The notes beneath the pieces were generated by a model. It was not told the DNA's origin, did not search any database, and was given only the letters and a program-made list of their open reading frames with translations. Below, piece by piece: positions 29,000 to 41,500 of a stretch of 64,000 bases of DNA. A program made the translations under genes and the position numbers. Source of the stretch: Vicugna vicugna (lineage: Eukaryota). The stretch lies in contig MU058482.1 of the NCBI GenBank assembly GCA_013265495.1, positions 468,962-532,961 of the forward strand, read 5' to 3'. Every line of letters starts with the position of its first letter. Within the stretch, counting starts at the first letter, position 1.

Positions 29000-29830
29000 G
29001 TGCGCCCCACCCCCGCTCCCTCCCTCCCTCCCTCCGACAGCGCCCCCCGTCTCCAAACCGCCCGCACCCCGCCCCTGGCGGCCGCCTCTCGCGGCTCCCG
29101 GGGTCCCCAGCTCCCTGTCCCCGGAGCCAGAGCCCCGCTCCCGCTCCCGCGCGGCTCCCAGCCCCGCCGCGCCGCCCCCCGCATGCTAATGGCCGGGCCG
29201 CCTCCCGCCGCCCACAATGCGGGCCAGGGCCGGGGGCGGGGGNNNNNNNNNNNNNNNNNNNNNNNNNNNNNNNNNNNNNNNNNNNNNNNNNNNNNNNNNN
29301 NNNNNNNNNNNNNNNNNNNNNNNNNNNNNNNNNNNNNNNNNNNNNNNNNNNNNNNNNNNNNNNNNNNNNNNNNNNNNNNNNNNNNNNNNNNNNNNNNNNN
29401 NNNNNNNNNNNNNNNNNNNNNNNNNNNNNNNNNNNNNNNNNNNNNNNNNNNNNNNNNNNNNNNNNNNNNNNNNNNNNNNNNNNNNNNNNNNNNNNNNNNN
29501 NNNNNNNNNNNNNNNNNNNNNNNNNNNNNNNNNNNNNNNNNNNNNNNNNNNNNNNNNNNNNNNNNNNNNNNNNNNNNNNNNNNNNNNNNNNNNNNNNNNN
29601 NNNNNNNNNNNNNNNNNNNNNNNNNNNNNNNNNNNNNNNNNNNNNNNNNNNNNNNNNGGGGGAAGGGACCCAAACTCTCCGGGAGCGGGGGTGGGGGAGG
29701 GGAGAGGGTGGGGGGTGCTTCCCTCTCTGCGTCCCAAACAAAGTGTCACAAAGAGCTCGGCCGGCGGCAGCAGCGGAGGCGGCTGCAACTCAGCTTTTGT
29801 TCTCCCGGCCCGGGTAGCTGAGCCCTGGCC
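29000..29830. promoter_or_regulatory. CpG island, probable main ZNF219 promoter (partly lost in gap)
   Basis: Very GC/CpG-rich on both sides of the N gap, with GC boxes (GGGGCGGGG). Lies ~4 kb upstream of the ZNF219 ATG exon. Confidence 0.75.
29243..29657. other. Assembly gap (415 N)
   Basis: Run of N between G-rich flanks. Confidence 1.
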
Positions 29831-32800
29831 TCCCAATCTCCTAACCCTGCCCCCCATCATCTTCCTGGTTTATCTTCCCCGGGAGAGGTTTGGGGTGCTG
29901 CTGGAAGAACCTCTTGTTCAGGATCAAAGGTCTTGTCCTACTTGCCAGCTTACTTCTGGGAGGGAGATTTTCCCAGAGGCTCTCCTACCCAACTCTCTAC
30001 CCCCTATTCGGAGAACTGAGGCCCATATGGTGCTAAGACTCTGACCTTTCTAGGGTCAGCTCCAGCTAAGGGAGCTTAGGGCTGGCTATATACCCCCTCC
30101 CCCAAATCCAGGTCCTCTAGAACTTTCAGAAGAGGGGTCAAGTTGGGACATACCTCTGGGATAGATTCACCATGGTTGGGTTGCAGTAGGTGAGCAGGTG
30201 AACCTTCCTTTCACATGCTGTACATTTGGAGTCCATGACGAGGTCTGTGACCCCAACTCTGGACAGTCAGAATGAAGGGGAGGAAGCTTTACCAAGAACT
30301 CAATCTAAAAAGTGGGCAAGCTGTGCAGTGGGGCCAGTTTGGGGGAGCCACCTAAGCAGTGAGGTTCAGAGGGCCGTGGAGAAAAGACCATAAAAGTGAG
30401 CTACTGGCATGTCTGTGTGATAAAGGTGGTCTTGACTGTAGACCACCTAAGGAACTCCCTTTCCTTTTAACCCCATCTAATGCAACGTTAATCACAGTAT
30501 TAGCGGACTTGGAAGGTGTAAGGATTCTCAAAGGGGAAAACATCAAATATTAGAGAAAACCAGAGACAGGCCTAGTCATAACTGTACTTCAGAAGTCCTG
30601 AGTCCTTGCCCCGTACACTTTGACACTAAAAACTTCTGAACCACAAGCCTTGAGGGGCAGTCTTTGTGATCCTCCAGGCAGCAGATGTTTCTATATACCT
30701 GACCCTGTTGTTTCTAAGAGTCTTCTCACCAACCCTTCCAACCGTCCCTACTCAGTAAGGTTTAATGGTCCACACCCCCTTTCCCACCAGCTCTCCTAGC
30801 ACATAAAAGGAATTGGCCTGTTGTTTTGGAAAGATTTCAGATCCCTATCCTTGGCCTTGCATCCCTATAGAACCCAAATAAGGGCAAGATAACCCTTGAT
30901 TCCCAGTGGGGGTGGAAAGTAGGTCATTACTACTGTCTGGCTAAGTCTCGTGGATGGTGTTTAGGGCCTGACTACAGAAAACTGTGATTATTGCCCACAG
31001 GCAGTATGTGCCTGACCTGGGTTCCAGGTCAGTTCGTAAAATCTGGGGTTCTGGCAGTGCTTTCTCCTATTGCGAAAAACTCATGGGATAAGGTGCTTGG
31101 GACCTGGTTTGGTGTGATGATTCAGGAGATCTTGACTGGGCCTAGGGGGTCTATCAGTGTGTTTTGTTGATTTGAGACCACCCTCTGGGGAAACTTTCCC
31201 TGCCCAGGAATTCAGCTGCAATTTGGGCCTTCTTGTATATCACTGTATTTCCATCCTGGAAACTGCTATGTGCAAAGCAGGTTTTTTGTTTTTGTTTTGT
31301 TTTTGGGGGCGGAAGCTTTGCCCAATTCCTTCTTGCTTGCCTCGGATATGAGGTCAGCCTCCCATGAGGTATTTTGTTTACTATCCTATAAGTAGTTTTA
31401 GGGGCCCTAGAATCTTCTCAGAATCTGAGTATGTGCCCATAGGTTAGTCAGCTATGACCATGCAGTATTCCCAGCCTCCCCCCTCCTCCCCCACCATCTG
31501 CTTCCTCTGAATATACCAGATTGGCTGTACACCAGGATGTTCCGGGAATCCCCAGGAGAGCAACAGAATGTGATGGACCCAAATACGATGCCTCAGTAAC
31601 TCATTCCAGGATGTACAAACTGTAACTGTCAGGACACTTCTTATAGCTAATTAAAATTCTTCTAGTTACATCTATTTTCTATTACGTCTATTTTCAGTGA
31701 CATCCAAAAGGCCAAAATAATCCCTCTGGTACCACTGTTTTTTTCCCCCCTCTGTGGTTCCCAGATAGGAATTTAAAAAAAATCCTCCAGCTTTTCTCAG
31801 TGCCTTATAGTGCTAAAATGGCAAGCGTGGCCCCTCTAGCATTTCATAGCTCTATCAGTGGTACTAAGGTGGCCAAAGTGGCTCCTCTGGTAGCCCACTG
31901 CACTCTCCATGGTACTGAAGGAATGACCATTTGTTTTAACATCTCTCTGGGGTCCAGAAGAGTCCTATGACTCAGAACCACAAAACTTTTGAACTGGAAG
32001 GGACCGTCAGTATAAATTAGTCCAACCCCTTTATTTTATGGATGAGTAAACTGGGAGGTTAAGTGATTTACTGAAGGTTGCAGGTCTATTACTGGTCTAA
32101 CTGGGCCCACAGTAGTCTTGCACTCCTCAGTCCTACTCTAGTTCACCTTTCTGATCCTACTCAGTGAGGCCGGCTAGGCTCTTGGTCCCAGGAAAGGGAT
32201 TTATTTGGAGGATCCATAAAATGAGGGTGGATGCCTTAATTTGGAAATACAGATTAAAAGGGGTGGTGGAGGTTGTTTAGTGACCCTTGGACAAAGACAT
32301 TTTGTTAATCTCCTGTTAATAAAATTCCCATAAGCCAGATACCACATGTAACAGGTACGTGTCCCTTCATGGAGCCTTATTCTATCTACAAAATGTCAAA
32401 AATTAAAGAAGCCTTGGACCTTGAGAGCCTTTTCTCATTGCAAGGCTGACTCTTGGCTCAGTTTTCTTCTATTAAAGATCCTTAAGCAAAGTAATGCTGA
32501 GTCCTTTTCTTTCTCAGTAACCTATTTCAGTTTCAGAATGCCTATTGTAAGGAAGTTCTTTATATCTCAAATATTCCTTCTATCTCAGGCGAAAAAAACA
32601 TAGGCCCACATTTGTCCAAATACAATTCTATATGTAAGCAAGAGGGGAGACTGGACGACTTCTGGTCATTCTCCTAGGCCTGTTTCCATGATTCTTAATT
32701 TTGGGGTTGCTTCTAAGTCCTAACGCTAACCTCCTCTGCAGCTTACAATCAGGAGATCCACCCCCCCCCCAGTCCTCTTCCTCTCAGTGCTCTTCTCTTT

Positions 32801-33904
32801 CCTCAGAACTGGAGCTCTGCACATCCCAGGCCCAGGGAATTTTAGCCTGGAGAATTTTAACCCTTTTCTGCTCAGAGCATGTGCTGAGCCCCTATCTGTG
32901 CAGATGGCCCAGCCCCGCCCCCCGTCCCTCACTCCAGCCTCTTGAGCTCAGAGCCAGTGTAATCCTCCTCTTGTGTGAGGGAGCCTCTCCCCTGCAGAGA
33001 GGAGGAAAGCCTGCTTCGGAACAGCCCTGGACAAAGGGGCTGAGATGCCCCATCAAACTGCAGGCTTCAAGGTTTGAAACACGGGGATGAATCCTATTCG
33101 GTATTTGCAGTTTTTAACCCCTTCCCCAGGCCAGCAGCGCCCCTTAACTTCCACTCCTCCCCCAACTCTCTCTCCATTCCCTCTCCTTCTGGCTCTCTCC
33201 CCCTTCATGCCCCTCCCCCTCTGTCTGTCTCCAGACTCTGCTGCTGGGAGGTGTTGCTCTCCCATGCATGAATGAGTCTCTGTAATGAATGGAAATGAAT
33301 GGATCAGGAATCCAGGCGGAGGGAGGAAGAATAAGGGGGAAAGACAGAAAGACAGGGTAAAGGCAGAAGGAAGAACTGTGGAGTCTGGAAGATTGTTTGG
33401 CTGGCTGGTCAGTTAGGGGTCTGAGAGCAACTGGTCCCACATGGATAACTGGGGAGCTTGGCAAGCCCACCCTGTTTGCTCATCAAGCTGCACAGCCCAG
33501 CCTAAATGAGAAAGGGGCATACTGTGATGGTCTCCTCCACCACCAGAGGGTGGGGGCGTTGGGAATGGGGGGTGATGATGGTACTTGTTCTGGACAAGGC
33601 ATTTAAAACGAGTAATTTAGGGGAAGAAATCTGGGTTAACGGGGGCAGTGTGAGCAAATCAAGGAATACTAGTTTTGAAGACAGCAGCTCCCTCCTGTCT
33701 CAGGATGTAAGGAAGGAGAAAGGCTAGGTTTTAGGGTACTGAGTCTGGTGTTGGGGGTGACTCCACTGCTGAAAATCAGGGCTCATCTTTTCCTCAAAAT
33801 CTGTCTCTCTTGCTTTAGCTCTTCAGCACCTGTTGCCTTCACTAGCAGCTTTTCCTCCTCCTCTTCCCTGCACTCCCCAGAACCAAAGAATGTGAAGGGG
33901 GTCC

Positions 33905-36900
33905 ATGGAGGTGAGTGAAGCTCTGGCCTGAATCTGCAAGTACCTGTATACTGCCTCCCCTCCCTACCTCTCTCTCTCTCTCTGGCCTTCCATTATTAGA
34001 AATTATTTCCATTGCCCCAGAGGCTCAATTCCCGTTCGTCCCCCAACTTCCCCGAGGTTAGTGGGAAGGGCTCCCGGTGTTCCTGGTTCAGGCCCCAGCT
34101 CACCCTCCCTCGGGTTCCTCTGGCCCTCCATGTCCAGGCTTCCCCTACAGCCCTCCCTTCTCCACTCTTTGCTCTACTCACATCTTTCTCCCCAGGGCTC
34201 ACGTCCCCGCGCCCCGGGCGGCCACCTAGCGCCGTCGCCACCGGCCTTCGACGGCGAACTGGATCTGCAGCGCTATTCCAACGGGCCAGGCGTGAGCGCC
34301 GGGTCTCCGGGAATGGGAGCAGTGGGCTGGTCTGAGAGTCGCGCAGGCGAACGGCGCTTCCCCTGTCCTGTATGTGGGAAGCGCTTCCGCTTCAACTCCA
34401 TCCTGGCTTTGCACCTGCGGGCGCACCCAGGCGCCCAGGCCTTCCAGTGCCCGCACTGCGGCCACCGCGCGGCGCAGCGGGCCCTGCTGCGCTCGCACCT
34501 GCGCACGCACCAGCCCGAGCGCCCGCGTAGCCCTGCCGCGCGCCTGTTGCTGGAGTTGGAGGAGCGCGCCCTACTGCGGGAGGCCCGGCTGGGGAGACCC
34601 CGAAGCTCAGGGGGCCTGCCGGCCACTCCTGCCACTGAGGGCCTGGCGCGGCCCCAGGCTCCATCTTCGTCCGCCTTCCGTTGCCCCTTTTGCAAGGGCA
34701 AGTTTCGCACCGCGGCCGAGCGCGAACGCCACCTGCACATTCTGCACAGGCCCTGGAAGTGCGGCCTGTGCAGTTTCGGCTCCAGCCAGGAGGAGGAGCT
34801 GCTGCACCACAGCCTGACGGCCCACGGAGCTCCTGAGCGACCCCTGGCGACCACCTCGGCTGCGCCCCAGCCTCAGCCTCCACCCCAGCCTGAACCCAGA
34901 TCCGTCCCTGAGCCCCCTGAGCCTGAGCCCGAACGTGAGGCAACCCCCGCCCCCGCGCCTGCTGCTCCCGAGGAGCCCCCTGCGCCTCCGGAGTTCCGCT
35001 GTCAAGTGTGCGGCCAGAGCTTTACACAGTCCTGGTTTCTCAAGGGTCACATGCGCAAGCACAAGGCCTCCTTTGATCATGCGTGTCCTGTGTGTGGCCG
35101 CTGCTTCAAGGAGCCCTGGTTCCTTAAGAACCACATGAAGGTGCACACCAGCAAGCTTGGTCCACTGCGTGCCCCGGGGCCTGGTTCTGGGCCTGCCAGG
35201 GCCCCCCAGCCTCCTGACCTGGGCCTGCTGGCCTATGAGCCCCTGGGCCCTGCGCTCCTCTTGGCCCCGGCGCCCACCCCGGCTGAACGCCGTGAGCCTC
35301 CAAGCCTTCTGGGCTACCTGAGCCTGCGAGCTGGCGAGACCCGGCCCAATGGTGAGGGTGCTGAGCCTGGGGCTGGCCGCAGCTTTGGAGGCTTCCGCCC
35401 ACTCCCCTCTGCTCTCCCGGCCCGGGCTCGCCGGCACCGTGCGGAGGAACCAGACGAGGAAGAGGAGGTGGTGGATGCAGAGGAAGAGACCTGGGCTCGG
35501 AACAGGGCGCTGGGCCCTCTGGCCTCACTGCCCCCGCGCCCAAGCGAGGGCCCAGGGCACTCTGCGCCCGCTGCGGGGACCCAGGCAAGGTCCACCACCA
35601 CCACCACGCAGGGTACGTAAGGGGTCTCCTCTCTCAGAGGTTTTCCACATCCTGGGCCCACCCTGAGGACACCACTGCCCTCCTGTTCCTTTTTTTTTTT
35701 TTTTTAAAGGACCTGTCTCATTTCTCACTTTTAAACCCCCGGAGTTTTTACCAACTTTTGCGAACAGAGCTTAACTCACGACAAATCCAATCCCTCAGGT
35801 TCCCGTAAACAGATAACTGTTTCCTCCAGGGCCCCGAGGGGAAGCAATCCTGTGGTGGGTGTGAGGGCCCATGGCCTTGATAGGGCTAAGGCAAAGGGTC
35901 TGTCTGACTTCTCTTAATGTGTGTATTGCAGAAGAGAATGGCCTCTTAGTTGGAGGGAGCCGGCCTGAAGGGGGTCGGGGTGCCACTGGCAAGGATTGCC
36001 CCTTCTGCGGAAAATCATTCCGCTCAGCGCATCACCTCAAAGTGCACCTGCGAGTGCACACAGGTGAGGGGGCAGCTTCCAGGGTGGCAAGAGGGGTGAG
36101 GGCTACGGGAAAAGGCCGGGAGATGACGTTCGCAGCCGTCAGACTGGCCAGATGAGATCGTTGGGAAACGCTTCTTAGTAAATCAGAGGGGGTTGGAGGT
36201 GTTTTTTGTTTTTGTTTTTCCTGGTCCAGAGACGGTCTGTACATGGAGCGAAATGCGGCTTGGAGCGGTCACCGATGGTGACTCTGGTCCTATCGCACCC
36301 CCCCCTCTCCAGGCGAGCGCCCCTACAAGTGTCCGCACTGCGACTACGCGGGCACGCAGTCCGGCTCGCTCAAGTATCACCTGCAGCGCCACCACCGGGA
36401 GCAGAAGAGCGGGGCCGGCCCCGGGCCGCCCCCAGAGCCGCCGCCCCCTTCCCAACGGGGTTCGGCCCAGCCCTCGGGAGCCAAGCCGACTCCGCAGCCT
36501 GCGACCTGGGCGGAGGGCACGGCGAGCCCCCGGCCTCCTTCAAGCGGCTCTGCGCCTGCGTCCCGTCGCAAGCCCTCCAGCCCTGGGAGGACCCTGCGCA
36601 ACGGGCGAGGCGGTGAGGCCGAACCCCTGGACCTGTCCCTGCGGGCAGGGCCAGGAGGTGAGGCTGGGCCGGGGGGGGCCCTCCACCGATGCCTTTTCTG
36701 CCCCTTCGCCACTGGAGCCCCCGAGCTCATGGCCTTGCACCTGCAAGTGCACCACAGCCGCAGGGCTAGGGGCCGCAGGCCGCCCCAGGCCGATGCATCC
36801 CCGCCCTATGCCCGAGCATCGTCAGGAGAGAACCCCCCCAGTCCTCCACAGGAAGGGGAGGAGGGGCCTGGGCTGTTGAGATCAGGAGAGGCTGGGCTTG

Positions 36901-36917
36901 GGGGGCAAGAAAGGTAG
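33905..36917 (+). CDS. ZNF219: Zinc finger protein 219 (C2H2 transcriptional repressor), 4 coding exons, 719 aa
   Basis: Coding exons: 33905-33910 (ATGGAG|gtgagt), 34196-35612, 35932-36063, 36313-36917 (TAG). Phases join to [32 protein letters not shown]... Multiple C2H2 fingers ([85 protein letters not shown]) and a PLDLS CtBP-binding motif. Confidence 0.97.
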
Positions 36918-37351
36918 GGAGCCCTTTAAGGGGCCGTTAGCTTAGTGAGTTTACCCCGCAGGAGCCGGGGAACGCTAGAGGTAGTTGGGTAGAGCAGCCA
37001 GCAGGGGGCAGCGTGGGACCCACATCCCAGCCCCAGGTGGACCAGAGGTGGAGGGGCAGAGGGCGTTAGGAGGGTGGGCGGGCGGTACCCACCCGGCCCA
37101 GTGGAGAGTCACAGTGCCTTAGAAGTGGCAGGGGTGAGGATCAAAGAACGGGGTCCCAGGGCTAGCAGAGAGGAATGTTCCTGTTGAGGGGCGGCTCTGC
37201 CAGTCTTTGCTGGTCCATAGGCGTGAAAGTTTATTTTTGTACAATGGGTGGGGGTGGGGGGCACTGTACCCTTCTAGCCCCTTCAGGGGCCCTGTAGACG
37301 TCGCTATTTTTGGTACGATTCCTGTCATCCCTGTCACAGAGTTGTGTCCCC

Positions 37352-37357
37352 AATAAA
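37352..37357 (+). terminator. ZNF219 polyadenylation signal AATAAA
   Basis: First AATAAA ~435 nt after the stop codon, followed by GT-rich sequence (ctgtgtctgtctg). Confidence 0.75.
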
Positions 37358-37449
37358 CAGGTGTCTTGAGGCACAGGGCACTGTGTCTGTCTGCCTAAGT
37401 CCTGTCCTTGGGCCACTGTGTCCAGAAAATAGTCGTCTCTTCAGGAGCT

Positions 37450-37612
37450 TTTTATCACCCAAAGAGCTTGGTAAGAAATGCAGAAACTTGGGCTTTACCC
37501 CCAGGCTTTGGCTTCAGTAGCTCTGGGGTTGGGCCCAGGACTTAACATTTAACAAGTAGCTTAGGGGATCTTCATGCACTGTGGTTTAAGGACCTCATTT
37601 TGAGAACTGCTG
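37450..37612. mobile_element. MER5-like MITE between the ZNF219 and ARHGEF40 3' ends
   Basis: gagcttggtaagaaatgcagaaacttgggc...ggggttgggcccagga...catttaacaag...ttttgagaactgctgg. Confidence 0.55.
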
Positions 37613-37902
37613 GCCTGTGCTGGACCCCAGCTTGACTGTGACCAGCTCAGCCTCAAGAAGTGGGTGCAGCATGAGAGGAGGAACTTCAAAGGGTGCATTG
37701 AGCCTTTGGGGGCCACTCCTCTAAGAGGATGCACACTGGCCCAGGCCCAGGGCAAGCTTTGGGCAGGTAAGGGATAAAGGTCTTGGCTTTATTTTCTGTG
37801 TTCTAGTTAATAGTTGGGTAAGGGGAAGGGCTCAAGTTGGCGGTATCACCTCTACTCACAGCTCTGCTCTAGCTCTTCAGAGACAAAGTGTGAGTAAATA
37901 CA

Positions 37903-37908
37903 TTTAAT
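37903..37908 (-). terminator. Candidate ARHGEF40 poly(A) signal ATTAAA (further AATAAA at 37788-37793 and 37230-37235)
   Basis: tttaat/tttatt hexamers on the plus strand downstream of the ARHGEF40 terminal exon, in an AU-rich patch. Confidence 0.55.
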
Positions 37909-38584
37909 ATAACAATAGTATTATAATAACAGTAATTACATATATAAAGTTTGCAGTCCCCTGCCCCACCCTACTATAATGCTTTGCATAGCTCTGCTTC
38001 CTGTGACATCTCAGAATGGAGTCACCAGGAACTCAAGTTAACCTGGCAGAGATGAGTCTTCTCAGGGAGAGTCAGGGGGTGGGGCAAAGGGGAGAACACA
38101 GGCTGTTGGGGAAGGGCTGACATGGACTGGTGTCCTGGGAGTATGCAGTGGCTCATAATGGGTAAGGACTGGATAAGGGATCATTTCCCCAACCTCAGGG
38201 TATGAAGGCAAGCAAATGTGGCCACTCTGGTTCCTGAAGGAAGGCACCTGGCTGGGGAGAGCTAGAGATAGCGGTAGCAGGGAAACACTGGTCGTGTGAC
38301 CTCCTCTCCGTCCAGTAAGCAGAAGGAAGGAATTCAGTGGTCTTCCAGTCCTCCGCTAGGTTCCCCTGCCATCCCAGCCCAAAATGTGCAGAGAGGAGGG
38401 GCTGCAGCCAAGGTCCGGATCTTCTCTAGAAGCCAGGAGAGAAGAGGGAGATGGGATGGGCAGGGGGGCGGGTGGGGGTGAGGGGGGAGATTAGCTGTCT
38501 CCCAAGCAGCCTGGGGAAGGAAGGATGGTACGGGCAAGAGGGAAGGCTGTTGGATGTGGTAGAAAGGGATACTGACTCACCCAG

Positions 38585-41500
38585 TCACAGAGGCGTGGTG
38601 GGGTCACTCAGGGCTCGGGCATGACTCTGAGGGAAGAGAAACTGCAGTGAATTTAAAGGATAAGAAATGACCTCGTGCATATATCCTCCCCACCAAGCCT
38701 ATCAATTAATTCACTTCTCTTTCCTCCCCAAAGTTCCTGAATTTGCTGATTTAATCCAAGTCTGATTTTCATCACTCCTGCACCGTGCTCCTTATTAAAG
38801 ATTCCTTTTCACTTCTGACCTGGATCCCTCTCAGCCAGGCCTGGGAGAGAGGAGAAAGGCAGACTAGACAACATATCCATCCAACCTGTACCGTTGCTGG
38901 GAGCACACGCTCACTCATCCCCCTGCCCCTCATAGGTTGAATGATTACAAGAGACCACCCCATTCTCAGCCCTATTGCAGGGACTTACCTGCCGGGACAG
39001 CCCTAAGATCCCTCCACTGGCCAGAGTGGGAGTGCTGCTCCCAGGGCGTGGGGGTTGCAGGCTGGGGCTGTTTCTTGGTCCTGGGGACACATCTCCAGAA
39101 GAGTCAAGTGTTTCTGGGGCTGGAGGGGAAGCTAGGGTGAGAGCATGGTATAGAACCCCTCTAGATTACCTTAAGCAACCAAGCTGCTCCATCAGGGAAG
39201 GAAAAGCTCCATAGCAACAGGAAGCTGTAAGTCACCATAGCAATCCAGTTGCAAGAGAACCCCCCTACCAAGAGGCAGGAAATTGTCAGCAGCATCATTA
39301 GAGCAACCAGGGAAGAAGCGACAGGAAACTATAAGGATTGCCGTGGTGAACCAGGAGGGTACAACAGGAAGCTGAAGCAGTTTCCATAGAAACCCAAGGA
39401 GAGCTAGAGAGAGAGAGGTACAGAGGAAGTGCTTCTTAGCAACAGGCTGCTGTAAGCATCACCCTAGCAACCAGATGGAAGGCTCTTTTTGCAATGGGGA
39501 AGCTGTACATAGTTGTCATGGCAACTGGGCTACTTGGCCAGAGAAAGGAATTGCTCAGCAGCAAGCAGCCTGAACATCACCATGATGACCCAGCTGTTGG
39601 GAGCCACCCCTTGAGAGGTGCCTCACCCAGGGAAATTTGCTTGACGTCCAGATCCCAGGCCTCCTCCTCGACGCGGGCAGGCAGGGAGCAGGCTCCCGGT
39701 GAGAGACCGGGAAGGGAGGGGCCGGCATGCTCAAAGGATGACACGGCCACCGAGGCCCGGGTGCGGGCGGCTGCAGAGAGTGGGGGTGGAGGGGTGGGGT
39801 GCTGGTGTGGGAAAGCCCTCCTGGCTTCCTGAAATGACCCTCAGTCTCACAGAGGGCCTCCCAGTCAGTCCCCCAGTTTCTGGGAAGACATATCCATTCA
39901 GTACCCTTCCTTACTTTCCACCACGCCTCTGCACTGTGCCCTCACTCTCAGGGTCTTGACTTCTGGGGGCCACCCCCCAGCACTCTGGCCCTCACCTCTT
40001 CCAGTGAGCAGGGCACTCAGCGTCCGCTCCCCAAGGGCTTTGATGTCCAGGAAGGGTTTATTCCCAATGCCCATGGAGACCATCTGCTGCACTCGGAGCT
40101 CTAGGGAACAGAGACCCCGTTACCAACCTCTTTGCCCCTCCCCCACTATAGCCCAGGCGCTGTAATGGTTCCTTCTACACCTTCCCAGCTCTCATTCCTC
40201 CCTCTCATTCTTCTGCTATCTCATTACTCTTCCTGTTGACTGTTACAGTGTGGATGGTGATGGTGGTCCTCAACTTCTCCCTCAGTCATCTGTCTCTGCT
40301 ATGTGCTGCATGCTGCCCATTTGGCATTCCAGCTTCTCTTCTGCTACTCACCTTCTTCCCTTTATCTTGCGCATGAAGAGCAAAACTCCCATGTTTACAT
40401 ACCTTTATGGTTTGTCAGGTGCTTCCATATGTCACCTTATTTAGTCCTAGTTCTAGCATACTAAGATGTAAATGTTGCTTTCCATTTTTCAGATGAGTAG
40501 AATGAGGTTCAGAGAATTAAAATGAAAACTAGCACCCCCCACAAAACAAAACAAACTAGTCCTGGTAACACAGCAAGTAAGTTCTGGAAGGCAGGTTCAG
40601 TGAGGTCTCTCATTCTCCTTCACCCAGCCATTTGCACTTTCTTCCCTGAAATCGGCTTTCCTTTTGGTACACGCCAGATTAATTTTTATCTTAGCAATCT
40701 CTCTCAAGTCAGAGCTGGAATCTTCCCATAAGTCATTCTCCATCCTACACCCTGTTCTCCCAGGCTGTCTCAACACTGTCCAGATAACCTCCTGCCATAA
40801 CCTTGACCCCCAAGCACACCCTCTCCCAGCTCTGCCCAGTACCCTTGTTGTGGGCCGCCTGTCTCCATAGCAGCTGGGCGATAGAACTTGTCCACTTGAG
40901 TTTGATTTCTGGTGAGGCTGCCTGCAGTGTGTATGCCTCTCGTGCACGCCGCCGCCGGAACCACAACTCAAAGCAGAGCCCGCTGTCCCCGATGTTTTCT
41001 GTTAGCCCCATGTCGGCAGTCTGAGAGAGAGAGCGGAGGAGGGTGGGTGGGGACAGAGTGCGTCCTAGCTAGATGCTGCCACATGGAGAAGCACTACACT
41101 TAGTCTGGCATCTGGTAGACGCTCAGTAAATGTTTGCTCAACACCTACCATGTGCCAAGTGCTCTACATTTAGTCTTCATAACAACCACAATTTACAGAA
41201 CGGGAGTGCCCAGAGACACAGCATCTTACCCAGGGGCTTATCACAGCTCATTAGAGAAAAAGAGTTCAAACCCACATCTACATTATTCCAAACCTAGGCT
41301 CTTCCCTCTGTACTGGACTCTGCTGGACCTAGTGTAAGGGACAAATCTAGAAACCCTTAGGATCATGCCATGCAGCCTGATCTAGCTCCGGGCTGCTATT
41401 GATGTTTATCTGGATATCAGGGCTGTTAGGCTGTTTCCCTAAAGCAAGGCTTCCCTCCTCTTGGGTTCTTCAGCTCCAAGTTAAGCTATATTTATAGTGT

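Noticed and set aside
28762..30044. Six long ORFs (224-305 aa) around 29 kb
   Set aside because: Artefacts of reading through the 415-N gap in a GC-rich CpG island.
34226..36879. Long antisense and alternative-frame ORFs over ZNF219 (e.g. 34607-35437, 36193-36879)
   Set aside because: Shadow ORFs expected in GC-rich coding sequence; no recognisable domains.
39164..39589. CRISPR-like repeat-spacer reading of the X-box array
   Set aside because: Mammalian intron; units are highly degenerate and irregularly spaced, and there are no cas genes.
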